This document shows positions 45,889-55,396 of a stretch of DNA of 64,000 nucleotides, in pieces. The notes under the pieces are model-generated. The model did not search any database. It saw only the letters and a program-made list of their open reading frames with translations, and was not told where the DNA came from. Both the position numbers and the translations under genes were made by a program. The stretch spans positions 32,001 through 96,000 of the IMG/VR virus record IMGVR_UViG_3300020576_005257. One strand, given 5' to 3'. This DNA comes from a virus. Its lineage: Duplodnaviria; Caudoviricetes. Numbering within the stretch: position 1 is the first letter of the stretch; the number at the start of each line of letters is the position of its first letter.

Positions 45889-46919
45889 TGGCTACTATTC
45901 AATTTAGAAGAGGAACAGCTGCTCAATGGACAGCAACTAATCCTATTTTAGCAAATGCTGAATTAGGTTATGAAACAGATACGGGTAAATATAAGATTGG
46001 TAATGGCTCAACTAATTGGGTTTCTTTACCTTATGCTAATACTTCTGGTGGAAGTGTAACCAGTGTTAATGGTCAAACTGGTGATGTTACTATTGCTCCT
46101 ACAGGAGTTTTAACATGGAATGGTCAATCTGGCCATGTAATCTACACTCCACCTACTGGCTCAGTAGGTTCTGGCGGGACTACTTATTATAATACAACCT
46201 ATATAGATCAATCAGCAGGTACTTCAGATACCTATGGTACTCTTTTAGGAACTATTAATGGTATAAATACTCTTTTTACTGTATCCCAATCACGGTATGC
46301 TAGTGGATCATTAAAAGTATATTTAAATGGCCAGTTACAAACACAAGGTACTACAGAAGATTGGGTAGAAACAGATCCAAGCCTAGGAACTTTTTCTTTT
46401 ATTACTCCACCAGTAACTGGTGATTATCTTACAGCAGAGTATCAATTAACTTCTAGTAGCTCTGGAGGTACTATAGTTGGATCTTCTTTATTGACTCTAA
46501 CTGGAGCAGTAACAGGATCTGGAATTGGTACAGTTGTAACTACATTAGCACCTAATATAGTAGGTATCCATAATCTCTCAGCCTCTGGAACTCCCTCAGC
46601 TAGCAAATATTTAAGAGGAGATAATACTTGGGCTACTATTGTAGCTGGAGGTAGTGGTTCAACTAATGATATTGAATTAACCCTTCAAATGATAACTTTA
46701 ATAAGTTATGTAGAATACACCTATGATCTCAGCGGCAATTTAACTAATAAAGATATTTGGGAAGATAACACAAAAACTAATAAATATTACTCTATTTTAT
46801 ATAACTATACTGGAGATGATCTTACTTCTTTAGACGTGACTAGAGAGACTGACTCATTTTCTTATACCAAGACTTTTACTTACTTAGATGGTAACTTGGT
46901 TAGTAGTACAATAAACTAA
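45888..46919 (+). CDS. tail fibre/spike protein with Mtd-N/hyaluronidase-N-type anchor
   Basis: IQFRRGTAAQWTATNPILANAELGYETDTGKYKIGNG; VTSVNGQTGDV and YLRGDNTW fibre motifs. Confidence 0.85.
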   Translation: MATIQFRRGTAAQWTATNPILANAELGYETDTGKYKIGNGSTNWVSLPYANTSGGSVTSVNGQTGDVTIAPTGVLTWNGQSGHVIYTPPTGSVGSGGTTYYNTTYIDQSAGTSDTYGTLLGTINGINTLFTVSQSRYASGSLKVYLNGQLQTQGTTEDWVETDPSLGTFSFITPPVTGDYLTAEYQLTSSSSGGTIVGSSLLTLTGAVTGSGIGTVVTTLAPNIVGIHNLSASGTPSASKYLRGDNTWATIVAGGSGSTNDIELTLQMITLISYVEYTYDLSGNLTNKDIWEDNTKTNKYYSILYNYTGDDLTSLDVTRETDSFSYTKTFTYLDGNLVSSTIN

Positions 46920-46932
46920 AGGAATTAAATTT

Positions 46933-47343
46933 ATGAGTTTTGGTAATACAACAGAAACCGACGTACTTGCTAAATTATTTAACAATACTGCATTATCTTG
47001 GGATGCTAATACTGATTTATATTTAGCTCTACACACCGCTGACCCTGGTGAGGCTGGTAGTCAGACAACTTCTGAAGCTAACTATACTAGTTATGCTAGA
47101 GTTGCTGTAAATAGAAACTCTGGTGGTTGGACTGTTTCAGGTAGCTCTGTTACTAACACTGCTCTAGTACAATTTCCACAATGTACTGGTGGATCTAGTG
47201 TTTGTACTTATGTAAGTATTGGTACTGCATCCTCTGGAGCTGGTCAGATATTGGTTAGTGGGGCTTTGAATAGCTCTCTTAGTGTTAGTAATCTTATTCA
47301 ACCACAGTTTGCTGCTACAGCTTTAACCTTTACCTTAGACTAA
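46933..47343 (+). CDS. tail-associated structural protein
   Basis: LYLALHTADPGEAG...EANYTSYARVAV motif common in phage tail blocks; AGGA RBS. Confidence 0.75.
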   Translation: MSFGNTTETDVLAKLFNNTALSWDANTDLYLALHTADPGEAGSQTTSEANYTSYARVAVNRNSGGWTVSGSSVTNTALVQFPQCTGGSSVCTYVSIGTASSGAGQILVSGALNSSLSVSNLIQPQFAATALTFTLD

Positions 47344-48209
47344 TGGCTAGTGGGTTTAATAGTATACGAGAATTAGTTGTTGCTGAGGATACTTTAGGAA
47401 GTAAGAAACTCTCTTCTTATAGAAAAGTACCAATTCAAACTACTGCAAAGGGATTTTGGTTTGATTTATCAATGTCTCCTGGTAATCCTTTACCTCAATA
47501 CTATGCTGCTTCACCTTTAACTGCTACCATTTTGGCTCGGAGTACAGATGGAGGATTAGATCATGGTGGACCAGTAAGTCCAGCTAAAAAAGTTCTTAGA
47601 AAAGCTTTAGCTATGACTGTAACTTCTACAGTTGTTCCATGTCCTATAATCATTTGTGATTACTTATTGTACTATTCATTTATTGATCAAGGAACTACTG
47701 ATCCTCAAACAATGATTAATACTAATACTTTAACAAGATACACAGATGGAGTAGGAGTTCAAGCTATGGCTGTTTGTGTTGCCGCTCATACTGGTGGTCA
47801 GACTTTTAGTATTAACTATACTAATTCTGATGGAGTTGCTGGGAGAGTTAGTCCTAACTGTACTATGACTACTCAATCTGTTAATGGCACAATTATCACT
47901 TCAGCTACAAATACCTTAGGTGCTAATGGTGCTTTTATTCCATTACAAGGTGGTGATAAAGGAATAAGAAGTATTCAAAGTGTAACAATGAATGGAGTAG
48001 ACATTGGTTTGTTTGCTTTGGTCTTAGTCAAACCTATTGCTCAACTTAGTATCAGAGGTATTGATGCTCCAGTTGAAATAGATTATTTTAAAGATTTTTC
48101 AAATTTGCCAGAAATTAAAGATGATGCATATTTGAATATGATCTGTATGCCTGGTGGAACTATTAATGGTTCTACAATAATGGGTTATACAGAGGTTAGT
48201 TGGTTTTAA
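47343..48209 (+). CDS. tail-associated structural protein (paralog of 48222)
   Basis: RYTDGVGVQA, YTNSDG and FIPLQGGDKGI are shared with 48222. Confidence 0.65.
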   Translation: MASGFNSIRELVVAEDTLGSKKLSSYRKVPIQTTAKGFWFDLSMSPGNPLPQYYAASPLTATILARSTDGGLDHGGPVSPAKKVLRKALAMTVTSTVVPCPIIICDYLLYYSFIDQGTTDPQTMINTNTLTRYTDGVGVQAMAVCVAAHTGGQTFSINYTNSDGVAGRVSPNCTMTTQSVNGTIITSATNTLGANGAFIPLQGGDKGIRSIQSVTMNGVDIGLFALVLVKPIAQLSIRGIDAPVEIDYFKDFSNLPEIKDDAYLNMICMPGGTINGSTIMGYTEVSWF

Positions 48210-48221
48210 GGAGAATAAATT

Positions 48222-49376
48222 ATGCCTTTTTCAAGTATGGATGATATTGTCAATGAGATCTCTACAGCAGGTCAATTCTTAAGAGTTGATTGGCAGAAAT
48301 CTTTCTTACCTACAACTAATGCTGTAGCTGGTGAATGGCATTATATGGCTAGAAGTGCTGGTAACCCTGGTGCTGATACCATTATGAATACTGGCACTAA
48401 CTTACTCTTTCAGCCTTTGAGTGATTCTACTACTACAGCTAATAGTATTCAGCATGGTGGTAATGTTTCTCCTAATTATAAACACATTTTAAATGCATCA
48501 GCTTTCACAGCAGCAGCTACTACTGCTCCATGTATTTTAATGCTTGTTGATTCTTTAGGTTTCTATAGAGTTACTTCTACAACTACAGCTCCTGGTGCTC
48601 AATCTTTAACTAATACTTTATCTACTTTTAGTACTTTTACTTCAGATGCTAGTACCGATATTTGTACTCATTCAAATATTAATTTAATGCCCTATACTAG
48701 GGTTCGATTAACTACTACAACTACTCTACCTGCTGGATTATCTCTAGCAACTGATTATTATGTAATCAAAGTTACAGACCTAACTTGTAAATTTGCAACT
48801 TCATATGCTAATGCTGTAGCTGGTACTGCTGTCAACATTACTGACAATGGTACTGGTACTCATACTATTACTACTCTTTTACCAAGATATACTAATGGTG
48901 CTGGAGTCCAAGCATTTATGTATGCTAATAATGCTACGCCTTTAGGTGCAGCTACTCCTAACTTATCTATTGGTTATACAAACTCACAACAAGTTGGAAG
49001 TAAAGCAACTCCTACTGTACTTCCAATTGGTAAAACTGCTGCTCCTAATGGTTTAGTTCTTTATTCAGGAACTGGTGCTGGAAAAGTTGGGCCATTTATG
49101 CCACTGGCGGCAGGAGATTCAGGAATTGCTCAAGTTGATACTACAACCCTTTCAGTTTCTTATGTTTCTGGTGAGTTTTCAATTGTACTTTGTAGGCCAC
49201 TATTAACCTTACCTATTACAACCTTAGGTGTTGCTTGTGAAAGGGATTTACTTAATCAATTGCCGTCATTGCCTAGAGTGTATGATGGAGCTTGTTTAAA
49301 CTGGTTGATCTATAGTGGTGTTGCAACTGTGACTAACAATGCTATTAATGGTCACTTAGACTTTGCTTGGGGTTAA
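48222..49376 (+). CDS. tail-associated structural protein
   Basis: RYTNGAGVQA, FMPLAAGDSGI; inserted LPAGLSLATDYYVI module; AAGGAG RBS. Confidence 0.65.
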   Translation: MPFSSMDDIVNEISTAGQFLRVDWQKSFLPTTNAVAGEWHYMARSAGNPGADTIMNTGTNLLFQPLSDSTTTANSIQHGGNVSPNYKHILNASAFTAAATTAPCILMLVDSLGFYRVTSTTTAPGAQSLTNTLSTFSTFTSDASTDICTHSNINLMPYTRVRLTTTTTLPAGLSLATDYYVIKVTDLTCKFATSYANAVAGTAVNITDNGTGTHTITTLLPRYTNGAGVQAFMYANNATPLGAATPNLSIGYTNSQQVGSKATPTVLPIGKTAAPNGLVLYSGTGAGKVGPFMPLAAGDSGIAQVDTTTLSVSYVSGEFSIVLCRPLLTLPITTLGVACERDLLNQLPSLPRVYDGACLNWLIYSGVATVTNNAINGHLDFAWG

Positions 49377-50128
49377 TACATCTTATGGCACTTATTGGAA
49401 ATTATTCTATTTATAGTAAATCCCCTACAAGGTTTAGGGGAGGAACTATTATCTCTGGAGACAGGGCTAACTTTAATAATTCATCCAATGCCAGAAATAT
49501 CTACTCCAATACAGTTATCAATAAAAAGAATGCTGTTCCAAATGGTTATTTACCACCAGCATCTTGGGTAATACCGCAAACAGCTGGAGGAATGGCTTCT
49601 TATACTGCTTTAACTTCTGTTGGAGCATTCCAAAATAGTAATTTAGCTGGTGGTATTAATGTTTTAGCAAATACTTTAACAGGATATCTTGCCGTTTCAT
49701 CTATAGGACAGTTAGTTGCTTCTTTAACATCAACTGTAACTGGACGTGGAGTTTTAGATCTACCAACTATTTTAGGAATTCTGCAAGCTAGTTCTAGTTT
49801 AACAGCTTCTGGGTTAATTACTAATGCAGCTCTTTCTCTACTTGCTTTTAAAACAGCAAGTTTTACTGGCGTTTTAGCTATCAGTAATGGTAATCTAACT
49901 AACGCCTCTTTATTGGCAATTGCTAATCTAACTGGTGGAATAGTAACTACTTTAGCAGAACTCGAAGCCAATGCTTTAATGGTTGCTGATATTCTTCCTT
50001 ATACTGAACTCTCACCACAATCTTTAGCTAATGCTGTGTGGGGTAAAAGTCTTCTTGATGAACTTGATGCTGGCACTTATGGTAAGCTAATAAAGCAACT
50101 TAAAGCAATGATAGCCGCAGGATTATAA
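49367..50128 (+). CDS. tail-associated structural protein
   Basis: Ala/Ser/Thr/Gly-rich; LSPQSLANAVW motif. Confidence 0.6.
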   Translation: MGLIHLMALIGNYSIYSKSPTRFRGGTIISGDRANFNNSSNARNIYSNTVINKKNAVPNGYLPPASWVIPQTAGGMASYTALTSVGAFQNSNLAGGINVLANTLTGYLAVSSIGQLVASLTSTVTGRGVLDLPTILGILQASSSLTASGLITNAALSLLAFKTASFTGVLAISNGNLTNASLLAIANLTGGIVTTLAELEANALMVADILPYTELSPQSLANAVWGKSLLDELDAGTYGKLIKQLKAMIAAGL

Positions 50129-53127
50129 TGACACAATTTAACCAACGACAACTTCCTAGTATAAATCTAAGTGGTTCAGGTGTTATTGGGTTTATTCCTG
50201 TTGAGAAAATTGTAACTCTTACTAATGCTAGCTCTGGTACTTTTTTAAGAGGAGATGGTACCTGGCAAACTATTGTTGGTGGTTCTGGGGTATCAAGTGT
50301 AGGTTTAACTGTTCCTACAGGTTTTTCAGTTGGTGGTTCACCAGTAACCTCAGCGGGTGATTTAGCATTATCTTTTACAGCTGGCTATAGTTTGCCTACG
50401 AACATTAGTCAGTCTAATTGGGATACAGCTTATAGTTGGGGAAATCATGCTTTAGCTGGTTATGCTGCTTCAGGGCATACTCACACTGGAGTTTATCAAC
50501 CAGCTAATGCTACTTTAGATGCAGTTGCAAGTGGTACTTATACAGGTGATGATTCTATCACTACTGTAGGAACACTTTCAACTGGAACTATTCCTTGGTC
50601 TTTACTAAACTCTGTTCCAAGTACTTTTACACCCTCAACTCATACTTTAGATAGTCACAGTAATGTTAATATTACTTCAAATACTGCTGGAGAGATTCTT
50701 AAATGGGATGGTGGTAGTTGGGTTAACAACACTCTTGCAGAAGCTGGTATATCTGCAACTGGGCATGTTCATGCTTGGAGTGATATTACTACTGGCAAAC
50801 CTACTACACTTTCAGGTTATGGTATTACAGACGCTCAGCCATTAGATACAGATTTAACTAATATTGCGGCTTTAACTGGGACGAGTGGTTTCCTTAAAAC
50901 TAATGGTGCTAACACTTGGACAGTAGATACTAATACATATCTAACCACTAATCAGTCAATTACAGTTTCTGGGGAAGGCTCAGGCTCAGGTACTACCTCT
51001 ATAACATTAACTTTAAATAATGCCTCAGTAATTGGTAAAGTTTTGACTGGGTATACTTCAGGTGCTGGTACCGTTTCAGCTACAGATACTATACTTCAAG
51101 CCATACAGAAACTTAATGGCAATGATTCTCTTGCAGTTGTAGCTAATGGAGCAATAACAGGCGCAACCAAAACTAAGCTAACTTATGATGCAAAAGGACT
51201 TATAACTTCTGGCGCGGATGCAACAACTGCTGATATTGCAGACTCTTCCAACAAGAGATATGTAACAGATGCTCAGTTAACAGTTGTTGGCAATACTTCA
51301 GGAACTAATACAGGAGATGAGACTAGGCTTAGCTTAATCAATAAAATTGGTTTAGCAACTACTTCAGTAACAGGGGTTCTTAGTGCAACTGATTGGACTA
51401 CCTTTAATAATAAGGAATCCTCCATTACAACAGGCGCAACAGGTCAATTTTGGAGAGGGGATAAAACCTGGGCTACTATTCCTTGGAATGCTTTAAGTAA
51501 CCCTACAGCAAATGAAACTTTAACAATGTCTACCTTCAGAACTACTTGGAATTATTCAGGTACTATGAGTGGTAACGCATTTTCATTAATAGGTGCTTCT
51601 AATACTTTTGGAAGTAGTTATGCAATGTTTGCCATTGAAAATGGTACTGATTCTTCTATTGATTTAGCAAAATTTAGTAGTGATGGGGTAACTAAGTTTT
51701 TAGTTAACTTTGCAGGTAATGTTTATATATCATCGTTAACTTCAGGTAGAGTTCCTTACATTGGAACGAGTGGTCTTTTACAAGATTCAGCTAACTTTAC
51801 ATTTGATGGTACTAAAATATCTCTTCCAACTACTGGAAATACTGGAGGTCTTAGTATTGGTGGAGATACCAACCTTTATAGGTCTGCTGCTGATATTCTT
51901 AAAACCGATGATGCTTTTGTTGCAAATAGTTTCAATAAAGTTAATATTACAGCTCCAGCTACTTCAGCTACCTTAACAATAGCAGATGGTCAAACTCTTA
52001 CAGTTAATGGTTCTGCAACTATTACTAATGGCACACACTCTGGTACAAATACTGGCGATCAAACAATCACTCTTACAGGAGATACAACTGGTTCAGGTAC
52101 TGGTTCTTTTGCAACTACAACAAGCAAGTTAAATGGTACTTCACTTGCTGGATTGGGGACTGGTTTATTAAAAAATACAACTGGTACAGGTGTACCAAGT
52201 ATTGCAGTTAACTCTGACTTACCAACAATGAGTGCAACTGTTGGTGGTGCTGTACCAACTCCACCAAATAACACAACAACTTTTTTAAGAGGGGATGCAA
52301 CTTTTGCAACTCCTACTACTACAAATATTACTGAAGGTACTAATCTTTATTGGACTACTGACAGAGGACTAGCTACAACATTAACTGGTTTTACTAATTC
52401 AGGAACTGGTGTTATAAGTAGTTCAGATACTATTTTATCATCTATCCAGAAACTAGATAGCGCAGACAGAGGAATTCCAACTTATAGATTAATAGTTGAC
52501 GATTTTGTTGCAGGTAGCACTAGTACCCAGCAAATTGGTGAATTGAAATGGTATATTCCTAATGGTACAATAACAAGACCCACCCCAGTCTCTGGACATC
52601 CTGGAGCTTTTACAGCTACTTCAGCTACCACTCAGTACAGCTCAGCTATTGTATGTTTACATGGTCCTGGTAACGTTACAGGTGTAAATTATTCAGATAT
52701 AGAAAGAATGACTTGGGTTATCAAAACTGGATCAGACATGACTAATGGAGTTTGGTTGTTTGGTTGTTACGGTAATTCAATTTATGATTCTTATTTTGGT
52801 AATGAAGCATTAACTTTTGAGCATTTATCATTTGGTGGTACAGCTACTTGGAAAGGAACATGTAGACATGGTGGTAGTACTTCTACTGTTAATACAGTTG
52901 GTGCTACTGTATTAGCTAACACTTGGTATCAATTAGATATTTTGAGAGTTGCTTCAAATAATTGGAGTTTTTTTGTTAATGGTGTAAATATAGGTACTAT
53001 TACAAACAATCAACCCAGTGGTACTGCTGGTTTTGGTGCAAATGTACAAACTTATGCAAATCCTGGTGCTCGGGAATATACTCTTGATTATTTTTCTGTC
53101 GTATTAAAAACTGGTAATAGGTATTAA
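50128..53127 (+). CDS. long tail fibre with C-terminal lectin-like beta-sandwich
   Basis: 999 aa, Thr/Gly-rich. Repeated LRGDxTW, SGTNTGD and DTILxxIQKL modules; KPTTLSGYGITDA; C-terminal NTWYQLDI..WSFFVNGV. Confidence 0.88.
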   Translation: MTQFNQRQLPSINLSGSGVIGFIPVEKIVTLTNASSGTFLRGDGTWQTIVGGSGVSSVGLTVPTGFSVGGSPVTSAGDLALSFTAGYSLPTNISQSNWDTAYSWGNHALAGYAASGHTHTGVYQPANATLDAVASGTYTGDDSITTVGTLSTGTIPWSLLNSVPSTFTPSTHTLDSHSNVNITSNTAGEILKWDGGSWVNNTLAEAGISATGHVHAWSDITTGKPTTLSGYGITDAQPLDTDLTNIAALTGTSGFLKTNGANTWTVDTNTYLTTNQSITVSGEGSGSGTTSITLTLNNASVIGKVLTGYTSGAGTVSATDTILQAIQKLNGNDSLAVVANGAITGATKTKLTYDAKGLITSGADATTADIADSSNKRYVTDAQLTVVGNTSGTNTGDETRLSLINKIGLATTSVTGVLSATDWTTFNNKESSITTGATGQFWRGDKTWATIPWNALSNPTANETLTMSTFRTTWNYSGTMSGNAFSLIGASNTFGSSYAMFAIENGTDSSIDLAKFSSDGVTKFLVNFAGNVYISSLTSGRVPYIGTSGLLQDSANFTFDGTKISLPTTGNTGGLSIGGDTNLYRSAADILKTDDAFVANSFNKVNITAPATSATLTIADGQTLTVNGSATITNGTHSGTNTGDQTITLTGDTTGSGTGSFATTTSKLNGTSLAGLGTGLLKNTTGTGVPSIAVNSDLPTMSATVGGAVPTPPNNTTTFLRGDATFATPTTTNITEGTNLYWTTDRGLATTLTGFTNSGTGVISSSDTILSSIQKLDSADRGIPTYRLIVDDFVAGSTSTQQIGELKWYIPNGTITRPTPVSGHPGAFTATSATTQYSSAIVCLHGPGNVTGVNYSDIERMTWVIKTGSDMTNGVWLFGCYGNSIYDSYFGNEALTFEHLSFGGTATWKGTCRHGGSTSTVNTVGATVLANTWYQLDILRVASNNWSFFVNGVNIGTITNNQPSGTAGFGANVQTYANPGAREYTLDYFSVVLKTGNRY

Positions 53128-53214
53128 TTTCTCTTTATACAATAAATTTTTAACAAATCAAATTAGTTAAATACAAAATTTATATGTTTAATCTGAGTAT
53201 TTTACTCTATTTGA

Positions 53215-53751
53215 TTGGAGGTAAAAAGAATGAATAACATATTGATTTCTTTAAGCCTGATTCTTCTTTTTCTTTATCAACGTCATCAATATGGGGTAGT
53301 TAAAAAAGCTATTCTGAAGTTACAATCTATTGATAACGAATCTGATAATAGACTAGATTATCTAGAATCTGATTCTAGGTTGTTCTGGAAAATGAGAGGT
53401 AAACTAGTTATGCTACTCGAAAAAATTACTCAATTAAAAACCCAGGTTGACATGCTTGCTGTTGATCTTGCAACTGTTGTTGCTGATCTTAGAAATGCTA
53501 CTAATGCTCTTAGACTCGCTAATAGCGATTTGCAAGCTGCCCTTGTTGCTGAAGAGGCTGATGATGCTGCTCTTGAAGCTAGAACACTAGTTGCTGAAGC
53601 TAAATCTGCTGAAGTAGATGCTGCACTTGTGCAACTTGATGGTGTTACTGCTGCTGTAGTTGCCATGTCAGAATCCCTTCAACCCGCACCAGCTCCTGAG
53701 CCAGAACCAGAAGTTCCTGCTCCTGTTGTTACAGAAGATGACGGTGCTTAA
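53215..53751 (+). CDS. membrane-anchored coiled-coil protein with Pro/Glu tail (spanin-like possible)
   Basis: N-terminal TM ILISLSLILLFLY, Ala-rich coil, PAPAPEPEPEVPAP tail. In-frame internal ATG at 53410 after GAGAGG. Confidence 0.5.
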   Translation: MEVKRMNNILISLSLILLFLYQRHQYGVVKKAILKLQSIDNESDNRLDYLESDSRLFWKMRGKLVMLLEKITQLKTQVDMLAVDLATVVADLRNATNALRLANSDLQAALVAEEADDAALEARTLVAEAKSAEVDAALVQLDGVTAAVVAMSESLQPAPAPEPEPEVPAPVVTEDDGA

Positions 53752-53771
53752 GTAACTTTTGTTACTTCCTG

Positions 53772-53802
53772 AAGAAGCCCTTTTAAAGGGCTTCTTTCTT
53801 TT
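53772..53802 (+). terminator. intrinsic terminator
   Basis: AAGAAGCCCTT-TTA-AAGGGCTTCTT followed by TCTTTT, ending the tail block. Confidence 0.85.
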
Positions 53803-53815
53803 ACACTAACTTTAT

Positions 53816-54682
53816 ATGAAATCTTTTTCTTTAACTCCTCCTAAATTACAGCTACAAGAAACTTCTACTGAACAGAAGAAAGCATTACTCAAACAAACTA
53901 ATAGTAGTTTAATTTGGTCATTAGCTATGGAGTATCAAGCTAGTGTTTTGGAATCAAAAGGTTGGGAAATTTATCGTCAATATACTCATCCTCTTTTCAC
54001 AAAGTTTAATTCTAATCATGATGGTTTTATAGTTGAAGTAGACTTTACCATAGATGAAGATCAATATAATGATATTGATTCTAAGTATGGTAAGATGATT
54101 TATGATAGAACATATAAAACTCACGCCATCAAGCTTCCAGAAAATGTTCTTACTGGACCTTATCCCATTAGCAAATTAGCTGAGTATCAAGTATCAAGTA
54201 TACTAGGAGAAGAATATACAGCTAGTGGTTATAAGTATCCTGTTGATAGGAATCAAGCTTTTGATTATAATGGTATTTATGAACTAGATGAACATAAGCA
54301 AATTATTTTATCTTTTCTGGAGGGATTGGATGTTAAGCCTACTGTTATTAAGTTATCTGATTTACCCAACCCCCTAGAAGCATTAGCTACTTGTACATTT
54401 AAAGCTATAGCAATTGATAATATTGATAGTGAAATATGTGTTATAATGAATTCTACATATAAGGGCTTTGACAACATGAGAGAAAATCCTTGTGTGATTA
54501 TTCCAATAAAAGAATCAGCATATAATCCAAGAACTATTACCACTTTTGCTTCCCAGATTTTTTATAGGGACAATGAAAAAAAGAATGAACAAGTAAAATC
54601 TATTGGTGCTGGTTGGAAGATAAGAAATCAAACTAATCATAACTATATTGAATTTTTGAAACAACAAGCTAAATCCAAATGA
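53816..54682 (+). CDS. hypothetical protein
   Basis: 288-aa ORF. Confidence 0.65.
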   Translation: MKSFSLTPPKLQLQETSTEQKKALLKQTNSSLIWSLAMEYQASVLESKGWEIYRQYTHPLFTKFNSNHDGFIVEVDFTIDEDQYNDIDSKYGKMIYDRTYKTHAIKLPENVLTGPYPISKLAEYQVSSILGEEYTASGYKYPVDRNQAFDYNGIYELDEHKQIILSFLEGLDVKPTVIKLSDLPNPLEALATCTFKAIAIDNIDSEICVIMNSTYKGFDNMRENPCVIIPIKESAYNPRTITTFASQIFYRDNEKKNEQVKSIGAGWKIRNQTNHNYIEFLKQQAKSK

Positions 54683-54918
54683 GATGTCGCTCTTGTAATC
54701 GGGATAATGTTGATACTGTAGTAAGAGCATTATCATATGGTAAAAAAGTAATAGAAGAATACTCTGTACTTAAGGTAGAAAAATATTGTATAGAGAACAA
54801 AGATCTATTTGGAGATATAGCTATTATTGAAGTTTTAGATATCTGTCCTAGATGTACTAAAGAAACTTTAAAAAGCAGAAAAATTTTGAATTTAAATGAA
54901 CAAACAACAGAAACCTAA
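54679..54918 (+). CDS. small CxxC...CxxC protein
   Basis: CRSC and CPRC. Confidence 0.55.
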   Translation: MRCRSCNRDNVDTVVRALSYGKKVIEEYSVLKVEKYCIENKDLFGDIAIIEVLDICPRCTKETLKSRKILNLNEQTTET

Positions 54919-55396
54919 ATCCTATCTTGATTTATTAGACTTATTTACTTTATTCTTAGATTGGTCAGTACAAACATATGGTTATGATGGTTTTACTAGA
55001 GCCCATAATACTGTAGCTAGGACAATATACCTAGAAGAACTTGAAAATAAAAGAGAAGATTTAATACAATACTCTATATTATGGGATATGAGTCTATGGA
55101 TTCATGATGGTAATTATTTACATCATCCTAAAGAAACTTTCTTTGATTTATTAGAAGAACTCCAAATTACCAATTTCTCACCTGATGAGATTGCTCCCTT
55201 TTTGGTTTTTGACGAAATGCTTTTTGAAGGAAAAGCAAGTAAATATATGGTTGACTCTTTCGATAAGATAGGGTACTATCCAGTATTGAAAAACAAGTAT
55301 GATCTTTACTTAAGGTCACTTATTAATTTTGGTGAATTAGTTGGCGAAAAAGAAATTCTCGGGGATACAGGAAGCTCAACATCCGGAAACGATTAG
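54896..55396 (+). CDS. hypothetical protein
   Basis: 166-aa ORF upstream of the polymerase. Confidence 0.6.
   Translation: MNKQQKPKSYLDLLDLFTLFLDWSVQTYGYDGFTRAHNTVARTIYLEELENKREDLIQYSILWDMSLWIHDGNYLHHPKETFFDLLEELQITNFSPDEIAPFLVFDEMLFEGKASKYMVDSFDKIGYYPVLKNKYDLYLRSLINFGELVGEKEILGDTGSSTSGND

Noticed and set aside
45888-53127. Diversity-generating retroelement suggested by the Mtd-N-like anchor
   Set aside because: No reverse transcriptase and no template/variable repeat pair were seen; the anchor domain is widespread in ordinary fibres.
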